Shown here: positions 13,701 through 28,563 of the stretch, in pieces | Numbering within the stretch: position 1 is the first letter of the stretch | How the letters are laid out: every line of letters begins with the position of its first letter | DNA from: Setoptus koraiensis | Taxonomy: Eukaryota; Animalia; Arthropoda | Length of the DNA stretch: 64,000 nt | Reading direction: 5' to 3' | Assembly (NCBI GenBank): GCA_048013815.1 | Contig: CM106586.1 | Coordinates: 5,890,001 to 5,954,000 of the forward strand | Translations under genes and position numbers: made by a program | The notes under the pieces: generated by a model | What the model saw: the letters and a program-made list of their open reading frames with translations, nothing else | Databases searched by the model: none | What the model was told of the DNA's origin: nothing

Positions 13701-14785
13701 AAACAATCTTGCGCTGTGCAGACTTTAGATTTTGGGTTTTGCAATGTTGTTAGATGGGCCCGAGTTAGGCGACCTAACTCGTCACACCGACAAGCTCTTT
13801 GCAGCGGCAACACGTGCCTCCATTCATTGTTCCATTCATTCGTGCAATGTTGCCGAGAGGGCAGCACTCGCATTAATTTTGGCAAGCTAATAGTTTTTGT
13901 TTTTTTCGGCAAAGTTATCACATCGCTCATGCAATTTGAATGCGCCAATTTGAATTTAAATTTAAATTTAAATTGGCGAGCATCGCCTGACCCTAATTGG
14001 TGTTACTGCAGGCGCCGTTATTATTATCACCGACAACCACGGCGACGAGCATGCAAACAACAACCGACAACAACCGACACGGAATGTAGGAAGAGCCCGC
14101 CAAATGCACGGTGGCATCACCGTGGCGACACACGGTTGTTGCTGCTGTTTGTGTTGTTGTTGTTGTTGTTGTTGCTAGTGTTGCCAAACTAACCGGAGGA
14201 GAGATCTTGAAAGCGATAACCATCCATCATTTTGCAACTGCGTTTATAGCTGCCAATGTTGTTGTTGTTGTTGTTGCTGTTCAATTGCCTTCGACAGCTT
14301 TCAGCTCATCAGCTGATACAATTAGCCAGAAAGTGAGTGTAAGAGAAAGTGAGCGCGTGGGCGGCTAACTCAGTTACTGCAACGTGGTGGTGGTCGTCGT
14401 CGTTATTAACTTGCCTCAATTAACCGTTATACCGCACAGTTGTAAACACACACACACACACTATTGACTTCCCTGAATAGACTTTCCGCAAACTGTTTTG
14501 TTCCGCAACGAAGCGCCGCCACTGACTGAGCTATTACGCAACAAGCTATTAGCTGCAACGCTTTGTCTTCCTACTTACAATTGTTAATACGCAATATTCA
14601 ATACTTGTTGCTCAATACTCAATACTTGCTGCCATACATATCTATCGTCTATCATTAACTTTTAATTAGTCAACTTGACCAGTTAACTTGATTTGCACTT
14701 GCACACCGGATGCACAGGAGCAACAGTGACCGGAAACAGCTGATACAGCAACACAGCCTTTGCTTGGAAGCTTTGCGGTGCTCAC

Positions 14786-14841
14786 TTATGAGTCACAAGT
14801 TTATGAGTCATGAGTTGTGACTCATAACTTATGACTCATAA
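14786..14841. promoter_or_regulatory. Cluster of four AP-1/TRE-like sites (TGAGTCA x2, TGACTCA x2) in a palindromic 14-15 bp array
   Basis: Sites at 14789, 14804, 14818 and 14832. The motif match is direct; function is inferred. Confidence 0.45.
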
Positions 14842-15367
14842 TCTGGACTTGGTGGACCAATTTACTTTTAATATGGCGCTAATTGGAGGCTCGGCTTCGC
14901 TGGCGAAACTGAGGTTTTAGAGAATGCAAAAATCAAATTATCCGACTCAAATAGCAAGAAAAAGAAGCTGCCCAAACGAATATGCCCACCGACCGATGCA
15001 AGCGAACGAGTTGGCCCATTTGTCCAGCTACACGCGTCCGCACTCGCACGTGCTACACGTGCGAGCATGCGTCCATGGTTTCCTGTTCAGCTGACCAAGC
15101 CTATATATATAAGCCCAATATACGAGCTGTGCGAGGCATGGCTGTGCGCCTGCATAATCATTATTGTTATTATGCTGCTGATTCGAGCCTCGGCATCGTG
15201 AGTCGATTGATTGCAATCAACTCAATGGATAAATTAAATTCACTTAATTAAACAACTGATTTAATTGGACGAATGCATCTGTGGGCTTGAACCTGAACCT
15301 GAATGCGCTCACTGGTCAGTGAGCTGCCTCAGTGAATTAGCTCCGATGGAGCGACACAAACTGCACC

Positions 15368-15428
<61 letters not shown>

Positions 15429-15429
15429 G
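15368..15429. repeat. (TTG/CAA)n microsatellite, about 21 units
   Basis: Pure trinucleotide run. Confidence 0.95.
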
Positions 15430-15886
15430 GCACTAATGGCCGTCACACAAGATGAGATGAGATTTAGATTGGGTATCGCTCAATGTTGCATAATTAGCAG
15501 ATTTTTATCTACTGGGTAGCCACAATTCACGAAATACCCACTGCACTATACAGGCTGCATGGCATCTAGCGAGATTTATGAATTTCTTGCACTGATTCTC
15601 TTCTTCGGCGTCGCTTGTGGCAACGCCTGTGAAAGGGCCTGTGAAATCTCTGGCAAGCTGGCTCGCTCCGTCGGTTTGTGCAAGCAAGAAGGATGCAACA
15701 GAAAGCTGCAAATGATAGAGTGAATGAAATCTGGCTGGCCTAGATTAATTATTCATGGATGGATTATCCTGTATGCCGTAATACCACCTGCTGGTGCTGC
15801 CGTTGTGTCGCCTGTTGTGACCTGTTGTCATTCAATCTAATTATGCACGTTGTCTGGCGAGCGCATCGCAGCACTAGCACTAGTAC

Positions 15887-15931
<45 letters not shown>

Positions 15932-16441
15932 AGTATTATATAAGTATTATGTAAGTATTATACGAGCATTATGTAACATGCATGTGAGGCATGTGTGCGG
16001 TTGTTGGCGCAGAAAGTGTTTCGCTATCGCAAGTGATTTAATTTGCAGCTAACTATTCGCTCTGGCAGTTTCATTTGCGCAATCGAGTCAATTTGTAAAC
16101 GGCGACCAAGTGACAACAACATCACTAAAACTTGCCTCGGGCTCATCCAGGCCAATACTGCTGTTGTGCACCTGTTGTGCTTATTTTGCAAACTATCCAT
16201 CATATAGCTCCGATGCGTTTGTTTATATTTAGCCGCTATGTGGCGCATATAATGCAACGCAATTAATACATTACGTTACTGCAATAAGTTACTGCAATAA
16301 TGCAGCGACGCAAGCGGCCAGGTGAGCAAATGTGAGCAATGGCCCGTCGCTTAATTTTGCATCTATTATCTATTTGTGACCGTTTCATCGGTTGTTGCAG
16401 TCTTAAGTGTCTAGATGGTTATAACGGCGATTGCTTTATTT

Positions 16442-16514
16442 AATTGAACGCTGCCCAATTCATTGCGCTGGCGATGAATATTGAATTGGGCAGCGTTCAA
16501 TTCAATATTCATCG
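16442..16514. repeat. Overlapping inverted repeats (21-bp pair and 17-bp pair)
   Basis: 16442-16462 is the exact reverse complement of 16482-16502; 16472-16488 is the exact reverse complement of 16498-16514. Confidence 0.9.
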
Positions 16515-19500
16515 TCGCAGCAAATGAAAATTAAATCAAGTGACATCATTTTTGTCCATTTATTTTAACACACACAAACAAACAAGTCGCTCGCTACAAG
16601 TGGCCACAAATCACGCCATCGTTCGCTGTCGAAATGGCATTCGCTCCGACAAGATTATTATTATTCCATTAGCGCTCGGCATTATCCGTCATGCGTTATC
16701 CATTATTATTAGTTGCCTTGTTCGCATGAATAACTAAATAGTCTGGCCCAATAAATTGTTTACAACTAACCGTTGTAAGTGGCGCCGATTGAGCGTATTT
16801 TACAATTTAAGGGCCGCTCTTTTATCGCCGTGGCTCTCCTCATCAGCGTGGCTCCTTCATCGCTCGCTGGCCATCTTTATCGCCCGGCCAGCTCGCACAT
16901 AACGACTGGCCGAGATTGTTTAGTGCCGACTAAACGGACTATTAATTTGTAGTCCAATTGTAATGAATAAAAACAAACGACTCTCACTGATAAATACTCA
17001 CTGGCGCATAAGTATTTATGGCGAGACTGCGAGCAGTCAGCTGACACCGGCGGCAACAGATTGCGTTTAGCCCATGTTTGGCTGGTATGCGCCGGCCAAA
17101 CACAATCAGCGGTGTGAGCACGGTGATTGTGTTTGGCCGGTGCCAGTTGCGTCACAAGTGACCAAACAAAGTGACCAAACGAAGTGACCGAACAAAGTGA
17201 CCAAACAGTTGGCCATAGTTGTGAGCTTTAAATTTGCCGCATGATGGCGGAAGAAGTCCGACGAGCGAGATTTATTTTATGGTGTTGGCTAGGAAATGCG
17301 ACCTGTATGTCGCATGCGATACCTTTGGCCGTCACTGTGTGTCGCTGATAATTAGAGTGCAATTTAATTTCATTAATTATCCGAAGCACCGATTGCCTAA
17401 TTGATGAGTGTGTAGCTGTTCGTTATCAAATGGACACTCTCACTGGAATGTGATTTAATCATCATTATATCTGCTGCTCAGCGATTACTTGTCAACAGAG
17501 TCATCTTTTTCGCCATCTTGTTTGCCGGCAAACAACAAGCAGCAAGCGACAAGCAACAACAACAACAGCAACAACAACAAGCGACCAACGACAACCGGTC
17601 AACAACTGGCGCCGACCAACGACAAACAAGACGATGACAAAGTTGTTTGTCGCTCGCATGCATCCACTCGGCAACACTGCAATATTTATAAATATAATGT
17701 TTGTGTATTTTGCAATTACACAAGCATTGCTTGATCGTGGTCGGGAAACGCTAACGGTTACGACAAGACGGCGACCAGTGTGCGGCTGTTGCGTAACTGG
17801 TCTGGCCGGCGGACAGTTGCGCCACAAGATAAAACAACGCAAAGTGGCCGTTGTACACGCCAATATGTTACATAATATTGCCGTTGTGTGACGATGGCGC
17901 ACGAAATTGGATTTAGATCTTGGGCTCAAGACACAGAGATTGCATGCGATTAATTAACCCTTTATTCGGCAAACACCAATCCAATTGAGCGGCCGATTGT
18001 CTCGCCGAGCGGCCAGACGATAATCGATACTTAAGCTCGCTGTCCAGCGGATCGAGACTCTCGATTCGAGAGTGTCCGCCGGTGCCTCTGTTTTCGGTGA
18101 GACAAGTTGCGAGCTGGCAACAATTGAAACAATAATTGGCCGACACCGCGGCACCGAGCTCCATTGAGACTCTCGCTTCGAGAGTCTCGAGCCAAGACTC
18201 GATTCGGGACTCGCGATTCGCGATTCGGGACTCTCCATTCGCGATTCGGGACTCTCCATTGGAAGGCGCAAGCGAGACGCAATTATTGCAAATATAATAA
18301 ATGAGCGAGACCAGATTAACGTTGCTGGCCGCTATCCGGCGCTATCTGGCGCTATCTGGCGTCATCGTGGCCATCTGAAACAGGTGAATTATTGCATGCG
18401 GCCATTGATTGTGGCAGCGCCGGCCGGCTGGTAATTATGATGGCAACATTGCATGATGCGATTGATTAATGTTGCCACCAGTTGCAACTTGGCGCAGTTG
18501 CAACTGCATTTCGCATATATGCCGCTATCACACGGTATGTATCACAGTTGTCCTAATGATAAAATACCAATGACTAATGAGCGAGCGCTGCTGTGATCTG
18601 GCCAGCAGTGTCTTGCCAACATACTGCTGGCAATATCTGGCCAACATAATGCTGCCAGCCGGCAACACAGCGGCTTTTATCATCACCCTGGGCGCGGATA
18701 TTAATCGCATGGGCACTATTAATAGCCCATGTTGTGTTTTGTTTAGCTTGTTTTGTTTGGGTTGTGTTGTTGGTGTTGGCCGGCTCAACAGCGTCCCGGC
18801 CCAACAGCGTCCCGGCTCAACTGCGGGCCGGCTCAACTGCGGGCCGGCGATAGTGACTTGTAAGCCGCAACGGTACCAACGCAACCAATACCAATTTAAT
18901 CCGGATTTGTCGCATCGGATCGCCATGACGATCGGTACACACAGAAACAATCACTTGCACTTGCTGGCGCCCTTTAATCGCGCCCTATTGGCACGACACA
19001 ACAGCGCTCCCTGCAACAACATTCATTACAACAACATTCATTGCAGCAACATCTGTTATGTAACAGCGACTATTATTCATCGGTCATTCCGCGACAAGCA
19101 GCCAAGCGATTTCTCTTATCAACTTTGCCTGCCCAATTCAATTGCCGGCCCGAATGTGTGATCGTGATTTTTGCATTCGCGCCAGGGATTGAGAGCTGAG
19201 ATTTTATCATCATGGTCGTGTTGTTATTTGGCCCGAATGTCCGCTTCGGCGATCGACTGACTGTGAGTGGCGAGTTGCGAGTCGCCAGTCGCCAGTCGCG
19301 AGTTGCCAGTGAAAATGTCGACAACAGCGAGCATCATTACGCAACATAAGTACATAATACCCATACCCGTACAAGTATTGCTGCAATGTTGCGCGCCAAC
19401 ACTTGCAGCAATACGCAACAATACGCAACGATATGCAACGATATGCAACGATATGCAACGATACGCAAGTGTTACTGCACGGTCAATCCCCGTTGGCCAA

Positions 19501-22500
19501 TCACAGCACTGGCAAATATTCATGCTGTTATATAACAAATGGCACCTTTATATCACTCACGCTCACCTGAACGCTCACCTGAACGCTCACCCGAACGCTC
19601 AGCTGTGGCTCACGTGGGCCAGTTTGGTCCGGTCTTGCCAGCCAAGTGACTGGCTTGTGGGTGCGAATAACGGTCACATGACATGAGACTCGAGGCTGTT
19701 TCTTGGCTTCTTATTCTTGTATTTGTATTTACATTTGTTTGCTTTCTCTTTTGTTCGCAACCCCGTTCACCTGCTCACACTGGCTCGCTCACAATGGCCA
19801 GGTGATGTTTGCCAGCAGCACCTTGGCGCCAATATGCCAATATGTTTGCCAAGTGCACACGTACACGCACAACTCGAGCCTCGAGGTGATGACTGGCCTA
19901 GACACTGTCGAGTGGACGCTGGCATTACACACTGACATTATGCAGCGATATTATGCAGCGATATCATACACTGATATCAGTGTTATGCAGAGCCAATAAC
20001 AGTTGCACAGTGACAGCTCATTATTACTGTTATTACTATCATTATTATTATTATTGTAAATATTATTGTTATTTTAGCTGTTGTTATGTAACTTTAGTTT
20101 GCGCACCTCGATCGCTATATCGCTGTATCGTTGCTATTTAGTTATTACGGTTACTTATGCAACAGTTACTTATGTAACAGTTATTTGTGTAACAGTTATT
20201 TACCTGTGCAGCTATGACCTTGTTGGTGAGCTCACTAACTTGCGCAACAATGATCGCTTATGGCGCAACAATGATCGCTCATGACGCATCAATTGGCCAC
20301 AACAAATACTGGCACAAGTGTGACGCAATTTCAACTTGGTGTTGTTAGCGCTGCAATGGCGCATCTTATTGACGCTGGCTCACAGGTGAGTCACAGGTGA
20401 GTGCTGATTGTGGCCTACAATAACTGTAGTGAAATTGCGCCAACAATGTTCAATTTTGCCAACTTTTGCCACTGTTTGCTGCTTGCTATTTCACTATCAC
20501 CAATTCATTTCACTATCCATTCAGTATTTACATTTAGTTCATATTTACATTTGTTGTCATATCCTGCAGCGATGTTGCTGATAATTGCCGATAATTGCTG
20601 ATAAATGAACTGACACAACAGGCACTCTCCAAAACGCCAATACGGCCAATATGAAACGCCACGCTATAGCAATATAAGCGATAATAATCTGGCCAGCTTA
20701 ACGCTGGCTTGCTCATCGCCTCTAATGAGCAGTTTGCCAACGTGTTAACACTTGTGCTGCTGGCCCCACAACACACAAGCTGGCCCCATTTGGCGCCCAA
20801 TAGCATAACAAGGCCGAGCACGTCACGTAACAAGTGGCTGTCATATGTACAACATGTAGTTATCGATCAGTCAGCTGTTCAATCAGCTGTCATAAAGGGC
20901 ACTGACAGCAACAACAACAACAACAGTTGACAGTTGCCACTTGTCACTTGTCACTCACAAGTTGTGACTCACAACAACAACAACAACTGCATAGCATTGA
21001 CAAGCATTGCAGCAGCTAATTGTCATCAAATATTGTCAAATTGTTGTTGTCGACATTCATGTCAGCTGATTGTGACCATAAAATCAGTTTGTTGTTGTGC
21101 AAACAACAACTAACTTGCTAATAAATACTAGTAAATACTAATATGATGCAATCAACTTGATGGATTTGCTGGCCTGCTCATGCCCGAATCGGCGGATATT
21201 TTGTGGCGATACTGGGCGCACCATTATGTTGCGCCGGGTTTGTCCGGCACACACTCGCCTTATTTGTATATTTGATTGGTGTGAGAATCATTGTTGTTGT
21301 TGTCGCTGTTGTTGTTGTCGCTGTTGTTGTTGTCGCTGTTGTTGTTGTTGTTGTCGTTGTTGTTGTTGTCGTTGTTGTTGCTGGCTTCACACTTGGCTGA
21401 CTCACTCACTGTTCAGCCGTGATGAGACACCAAGGCGTCGATTGCGGCTGGTGAGCAGCACCTTGTCAAACACAATTACAGTTAGCCATTAATTGCATGC
21501 CAACACAACCCAAAGTGAGCGGCGATTATGACGCATGACGCAACAGTGGGCGAAAGCGGGTTATTGTTGTTAACGAGCTCACAATCAGCTGAGACCTTGG
21601 CGCTCACAAGTTGTGCCAGAAAAGGGGAGCGAGCTGCCAACTAATTAGCAGCAACTGTTAGCTATTAGCTAACCAGTTAACATTAACTGTTAGCTTGTTG
21701 ATGCCGATCAGTGTCAGTGTTTCATTGATGTTGGCCACATTTTTGCAATTTTTACATTTTTCGGCATTGGCAACAGCAATGATACACTTACGCAATTTGC
21801 TTTAATGCCGACAATGTGAATGTTTGACCAATTGAGCCAACACTGACAAACGGTGAGTTAGTGTTGCACAGTCAGCACACAAACTAAACTATCATGGCCT
21901 ATAGCGACCACCTTGCAACAATCACTGTATCGAGCGACAATGTGAGCTTGCCGGCCTCGTCCAGCTCGCATCGTGGCCTCGTCCAGCTCGCATGGTGGCG
22001 TTGCCAGGTTAACAGGTGCATCATCACTTGTTACTAACAAGTTGTTAGAGTTTGATTAGTTTTAATGTACGCCGGCGACATTGCGCAACACAAATCGCCA
22101 ATGTTACGCAATTGGTCTATAGATACACTCTGTTATACAGTCTGTTATACAGTGTGTATATAAACAGCTGTAACTGACACGGATTAGTTAAGGGGTATGT
22201 TGTGTATGTTTGGGTATGTCGGCAGTGGTGGCAGGTGGTGCAGCTTGTCAATCACGCAAACAAACCGATTTGTTTGCGCTCGCTCGTTCTCATTTGTTTG
22301 CGAGCGTGCACTTGTTGCCATAACTAACTGGCTTGCAGTGAATTTATTAGCGCAATCGCCAACAATAATGCTGCTCATCAGCAACAACAACAACCACAAC
22401 AACAGCAGCAACAGCGACAACAGCAGCAACAGCGACAACAGCGACAACAGCAACAGTTGCAACTCTCTCTCTCTCTCTCTAATGAGATGTTACTTTATAT

Positions 22501-24021
22501 AACCGTTATACCTTTACGTAATACACTTGCGAGTCATCATGCGTGTAAACACACACACCGTTGGCTGCGGATAAACTCAAAACTAAAACTAATGGCTGCA
22601 ACAGCGCCAACCAACGACGACGGCATCATGTTATCAAGTTTCACTTTGTTGTTAAATCACAACAAACTGCAATGAATAAACAAAACATCTCATTGTCTCT
22701 GGCAACGAGTGTTGCCGTTGTTGGCGTCGTTGTTGCTGTTGGATACTCTGGCGCTGGCATTAATGATACTGACATGGCAATAATTAGAGTTCTCGTGAGC
22801 TGGTGGCTCGCAAAGATTGCGCAAGATTAAGAGTTGATTCATTCAAATGGCCTGGCAAAAATGAGCTTAATTAGACCAGATACACACACACACACACTCG
22901 CCAGAGAAACTATTCATTCGCAACATGTAACAGAGTGAACACGAAAAAACACAACAACTGTCCAAGTATTGTGAGCGTTTCTCTCAACTTGCTCCAGTTG
23001 TTTAGTTACATAATGCCTGCGCAGTGGTAATATGATCATCATCACAATGGATTAATAATGAAATGGCCACCTGTAAGTAATGAGGTTAAATCCACTCGCT
23101 TTATCTGTCTGTTTATCTGTCTACTGATGCCGCTTGTTTGCGTTTGTGCGCTGTCGGCCATGCTGACCGGCCAACCGGCCGACCGAACAACCGGCTAACT
23201 GGTCACTGGTTGCCAGTGCCACTGCCACTGAGCCTGGCCATCAACGCAACAAGACAACCGGACAACCAGACAGGTAGACAGCGAGCCAGTGAGACGGTGA
23301 GACTGTGAGATGATCAACAATGGAGCGACAACAACAAGTGTGTTGCTGCAACACTGTTGCACCAAACATACGCACAAACAGATGGAAGGTACGTGACGCC
23401 GTTTGCACCGTCATTAATATTGAGCCACCATTAATATTGAGACAGGTTGCGCAAGAGATGCGACGACTCGCCGACGAGCAAGTGATTGTAACAATCGCAA
23501 TTTAAATAAATAGTCTATTTACATTTATTGTTAACAGATAAACAAGGGCGACCAATCAGCGGCTTCTGTTGGCCAGACAAGTGCAGCGTAAAGTGCGAGC
23601 CGGCGCGACAAGCGTCTCGCCAAACTCACAATACCTGTGACAGTCACTGTGACAGTCACTGCAGCCGTGACTGCAACGGTGACTGTCACTGACCGCCAGC
23701 GACAGTTAACGAGCTTGCCGCTTGAGCAGCCACTGAGCAGCCAACTCGAACTGTGGGCACAATCGCCAGTTTGTGCTGACCAGTGGTCAGTGACCACACA
23801 CAGCTGAAACAATGAGTGTGTGAGCACAACACAAGCAACAACAAGAGTAACAATGTAAACCTATTACCGTAATAGTATTACAACGACCACGGACCGTTCC
23901 TCTGACAACCTGTCAACCTGTTCACCCGTTGTTAATCTCGTCAAAATGAGGATGCGTTTCCGAGCGGAACATCTCTAATAGAGAGTCTCTATCTGCATAC
24001 ATGTGTCTCTGTGCCACTCTA

Positions 24022-24082
24022 GCCAAAACAGTCTCGCCAACAGAGTCTTGCCAACAGAGTCTTGCCAACAGAGTCTTGCCAA
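24022..24082. repeat. Tandem repeat, 14-bp unit GCCAACAGAGTCTT x about 4
   Basis: Read directly. Confidence 0.85.
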
Positions 24083-24638
24083 AAGTGTGCTGAGTTGCGC
24101 CGCCGCTGCCAGCTGATGAGAAAATGGCGCTGGCGCTAATTAAATTAAACAGCCCCGGTGACAAGTAATAATTAAACTCGTTAGGTTGTGCTCATTAATC
24201 AGATTTTAGCCGCTTTCCGTGCTGGGCCGTGTGTGTGTGTGTGTGTGTGTGTCCGTGTCAGTTTGTGTTGTTGTGATGATCATTTTCTCATGATTAAGGC
24301 CAACAACGACACAAGGAAGAGAGTGAGAGAGATTCTCTCATCTTTTCGCCACAACTTGACCAATTGTCCCGCTCGCCAACAATATTTTGCGCGCAACACA
24401 GCATACAAACACTGCAAATGATGCGCCTCTGAAATTGCAATTGCCCTTTTGGCCACTTTGCCCGACAAATGACTCATTGGAAATGAGACGAGACGCCACT
24501 GAATTTATCCATTCACTCACCTATCCAGTCATACATTTAGCGATGTTTGTGCCCATTGGGCACACAAGAGAATTGGCATAATCTCTCGTGAGCGATCGAT
24601 TCATCTTGTGTCGACCACATCGGACACAGGCCGGCCAA

Positions 24639-24759
24639 ATTCACGGACGATTCACGGACGATTCATGGACAATTCATGGACGGTTCATGGATGATTCATG
24701 GACGATTCATGGACGGTTCATGGATAATTCATAGATCATTCATGGATAATTGATGGATC
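24639..24759. repeat. Tandem repeat, 11-bp unit ATTCA(C/T)GGACG x11
   Basis: Eleven contiguous degenerate copies with no spacers. Confidence 0.92.
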
Positions 24760-27700
24760 GAACAGTCCGACTCAGCAACTATGGCACAGTGACCATAGTT
24801 CACCAACAGGTTGACGCAGTGAACTGTCAATATGCTAACTAGGCTAGACGGCGCTCACCTGTCAGCGAATTACGGGCAACAACATCGGGCAACAAGTGTA
24901 ACAATTGTGCAACAATTGCAAGTGAGGGGGATTACGTAAAAGGAGCATGTATTATTGCATAATAGGCATTGAATGATACGCAAGCAATTGTAAGCAGGTA
25001 CGCGCAAGATGATCAAAATGGGCAATGCGAGCAAAATGGGCAATGCGAGCAAAATGGGCAAATGAGCGAGCGAGCAAGTATGATGCAACACAATTGAACA
25101 CACGACCGGCCAGCCAGCACAGTAGCGAGTTGCTCGAATGAGTGCTCTTACGTGTCGTTGTGGGCACACTTGAACTCCACTTGAACCACCGTTATGCCAC
25201 CGTTACATCAGCGTTACATCACCGTCACACCACCGTTACACTACTGTCATACTACTGTGCGCTCTAAACAGATTTGTAGATATTACACCGTTACTATAAC
25301 GTCGGTATGTTTGCCAACACGACGCATGCGCTGCCCTTGCGCAACGGTTGTTACAGGTTGTTGCTGCATACTGTTGCTGCAACAGGTGAACAGCAACAAC
25401 AGCAACAACAGCAACAACAGCAACAACGACAGCAACAACAACAGCAACAACAACAGCAACAACAACAGCAACAACAACAGCAGCACAGGTGAGCCAAGTC
25501 AAACAAAAATGAGCGACAGGTGTAGAGATGGAGAGCGAGCCAGATTGAACTTGACAATCAATATTTTCGTTGTGAGTGCATGCTTGTGAGCAACAGCAAC
25601 GACGGCCAGATTTGTAGCCAGTTTGTAGCGGGGCGAACAGGTAAATAATGGTTCGCACAGTTGTAATAGCCGCCGCGGACCTACTAACACGGTAACGGGC
25701 GTTCAATCGGTTGCGTCACAAGGTTGCCAATGGTTGCACACACAAGTGGCATTATTTAAATTTTTGCGTCTAAATATAGCCTAAATGAGCTGGCATGCTG
25801 GCAGGTGGTGCGCATCTTTTTCTCTCTGCTGCTCGCCTGCTCATCTTGTTAGTTGATCATCATTTCATTTTGTGTGTTGTGTTGCCTCTATTTCATCATG
25901 TTTATTATCATGTTGTTGCATCATGTTCATGCTGACAACATGTCGTCGTCGTCGTCGTCGTCGGTGTTGTTGTGCCGACCAGCTGGCCGGCCGGCCGGCC
26001 GTTTATGACGGGCAATGTGACGGCGCCACAGTGACGGGCGACCAGTTTGCTCGGCCCGCTGGCTCGGCGACGCAGCGCCGTTTGGCCGCCAGCCCGCGGG
26101 CTACTGGTCAGGCCAAACGGTCTTGCCAAGCGGCGTCACAAGTCGCCGTGTGTGTGTGTGTCATCTGCTTGTTAGTAGTCGCTGGCACTGTTAGTGAGTG
26201 TGATTGGCATCACGGTCACTTTACGGCCAGCGAGAGTGAATAATAAACAATTTAATAACACACACACAAACGGCATTTATGCGATATATGGGCTATACAT
26301 CAACTTGAGCATTATCAAGCATTATTGCTGGCTGTGTGCTCTTGAGTTTGGCCGTACCTGTTGAATGTGAGCTCGCTTGTATTATACGACAGTGCTAGCT
26401 CTGTCAGTTGTACTCAAACTCAGTACATCAAACTCACACACCAACCGGCCCTACGAAACTGACAGTCGCAATGACGCAACGGCCAACTGTCAGACAATAC
26501 AAATGTCTGGCGGCCACAAACGATGATATAAATAGTTTATTGATGCTGCCGAGGATTCACATTGCGACTAACCTAGCGAGTGCGGCTATCGTTTGCACTG
26601 TTTAACTAACTTACTTAACGTTACTTGTACGCTCATTTTTGCAACTGTGCGCTAATACTGCACTAATACTGGCACAGCAATGCGCCAATTACATAACAAG
26701 TTAACGTTTTACGCTGACAACAAGTAAGCAATGTTACGCAATGTTACGCAATGTGTGTTCGCGGCATGCGGATCGTCGGCATCAGCTGCCGACGATCGGC
26801 ACACACACACACACAGCGAGTGCAAGTGCAGCCGATTGGGGCCAACGAATAAAGCGGCGCAATGATCGATTGTTGTGATTTATTGCGTCGGGCGGCTGAA
26901 CTTTGCACTTGCAGCTCTCACATCTCGCACAGCTGACGAGCGCTTGACTGTTGTCAGATGTTGCGTATGAGTCGTCTGTGCGCGTCAGCCAGTGTTACGT
27001 CACACGGTCAGTCATTCGCAACTTGCGAATCACAAGTCAGTCAGTCGGTCAGTCGAGTAGCGCGAGTGTGTGTGCCGGCTGATGCAACGAGTCGGTTGTG
27101 CTGCAGCGTTGTTGTTGTTGTTGTCGTTGTTGTTGTCGTTGTTGTTGCACATCATCTGACGACCGACAATGCAAAACAAACGACTGCATCATTCGTTTGC
27201 ATTACGTAAGCACAGTGAGTGCACAATTACAAACAGTGCACACGCTGCAGACAGTACAGACAGCATAGACAGTGAGCAGTAACGGTCGCCAATGCGAAAT
27301 GAACGCCAACTTCCTGTCGACTGTGTGGCTGTTGCGCAATCTCGCGTTACTGTAGCGCATCGTTTTGCGCTAGCGATGCAATTGATTTGAATTGCAGTGA
27401 TTTTATTTATTTATTATTCAATTGTTCGCTGGCTGCTGGCAGTAACGAAAGTAACCAAAGTGCACGACTGACAACATTGCACACTCACAATCGCCAATCA
27501 GCAACGTGTGACTCGACTTGCAAGACTCATTTGACTGACCAACCGACTGGTCGCTTGGCCTCGCTCTCTGGTCCGCCGATCCGCCGATGCGCCGAGCGGA
27601 CAAAATGGCTCAAAACGGCTCAAAGTGACCCAATATCGCACAAAATGGCACAAAATGGCACAATATCGAGCAAGATGGCACAATATCGAGCAATGTCGCG

Positions 27701-28478
27701 CGATATCGGTCAGTGCCGGTCAGTGTCAGAAGTGAATTAAAACAATGAGCATGACAATAAATTTTGATGGTGCACTAAGCAACAGTAATGCTAATTAATT
27801 CATGTACCGTTCATTAATTCATGTAATTGTGGCGCGACACCGAGCTCGACAATGGATCCATTTGACAGGAAACAGACAAACTCTAGATATTGCTCTCACT
27901 TTCAATGCGCGCCATCGTGTTAATTTAATTAATTGGCTGATTAAAGGTGACGCAATATCTAGCGTATGTTTGTTTTTGACAGATGACAATTGTTATCGCT
28001 TGGCATTATCGGATCATTGGCACCACTATGCAGTTTGATGCGCAAACGCACGCCTGACAATAAGTGAGCCACATAATAAGCAATACGTAATATGCAACAT
28101 GTATTACGCGATAGGTATTACGCAATAGTTATTACGCAATGTATGCAATACGTGCAATCTGTCTTGGCGCCACCCAATCCAGCTACATGCGCGATAATGT
28201 GCGCGACGTATAACGACATAATAACGGCGCCGGCCAGCCAATAAACAACAGCCATTCAAAGTGACAGCCATTCAAAAGTCAAGTGTGTGTGTCGGGTGGG
28301 CGGCCGACGCAACGCCTTGTTAGCCTTCAACGGGCGGCCGGCACTCAACCTTGGCTGCCTACGACACACTGTCCATATCTATTCACGTATTGAGTGTAAT
28401 AATATATTAATAATTGATTATCATCCTATCGTATCAAGGCTCTTGGTGGGCGCGCGCAAACGCGCAACGTGCAACGGC

Positions 28479-28563
28479 CAACGCAATACCAACGGACAAC
28501 GCAATACCAACGGACAACGCAATACCAACGGACAACGCAATACCAACGGACAACGCAATACCA
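28479..28563. repeat. Tandem repeat, 18-bp unit CAACGCAATACCAACGGA x4.7
   Basis: Four perfect copies plus a partial copy. Confidence 0.92.

Noticed and set aside
24639-24759. Short-unit arrays (also 39236, 44135, 53971) as CRISPR-like arrays
   Set aside because: Contiguous units with no unique spacers, no cas genes, eukaryotic context.
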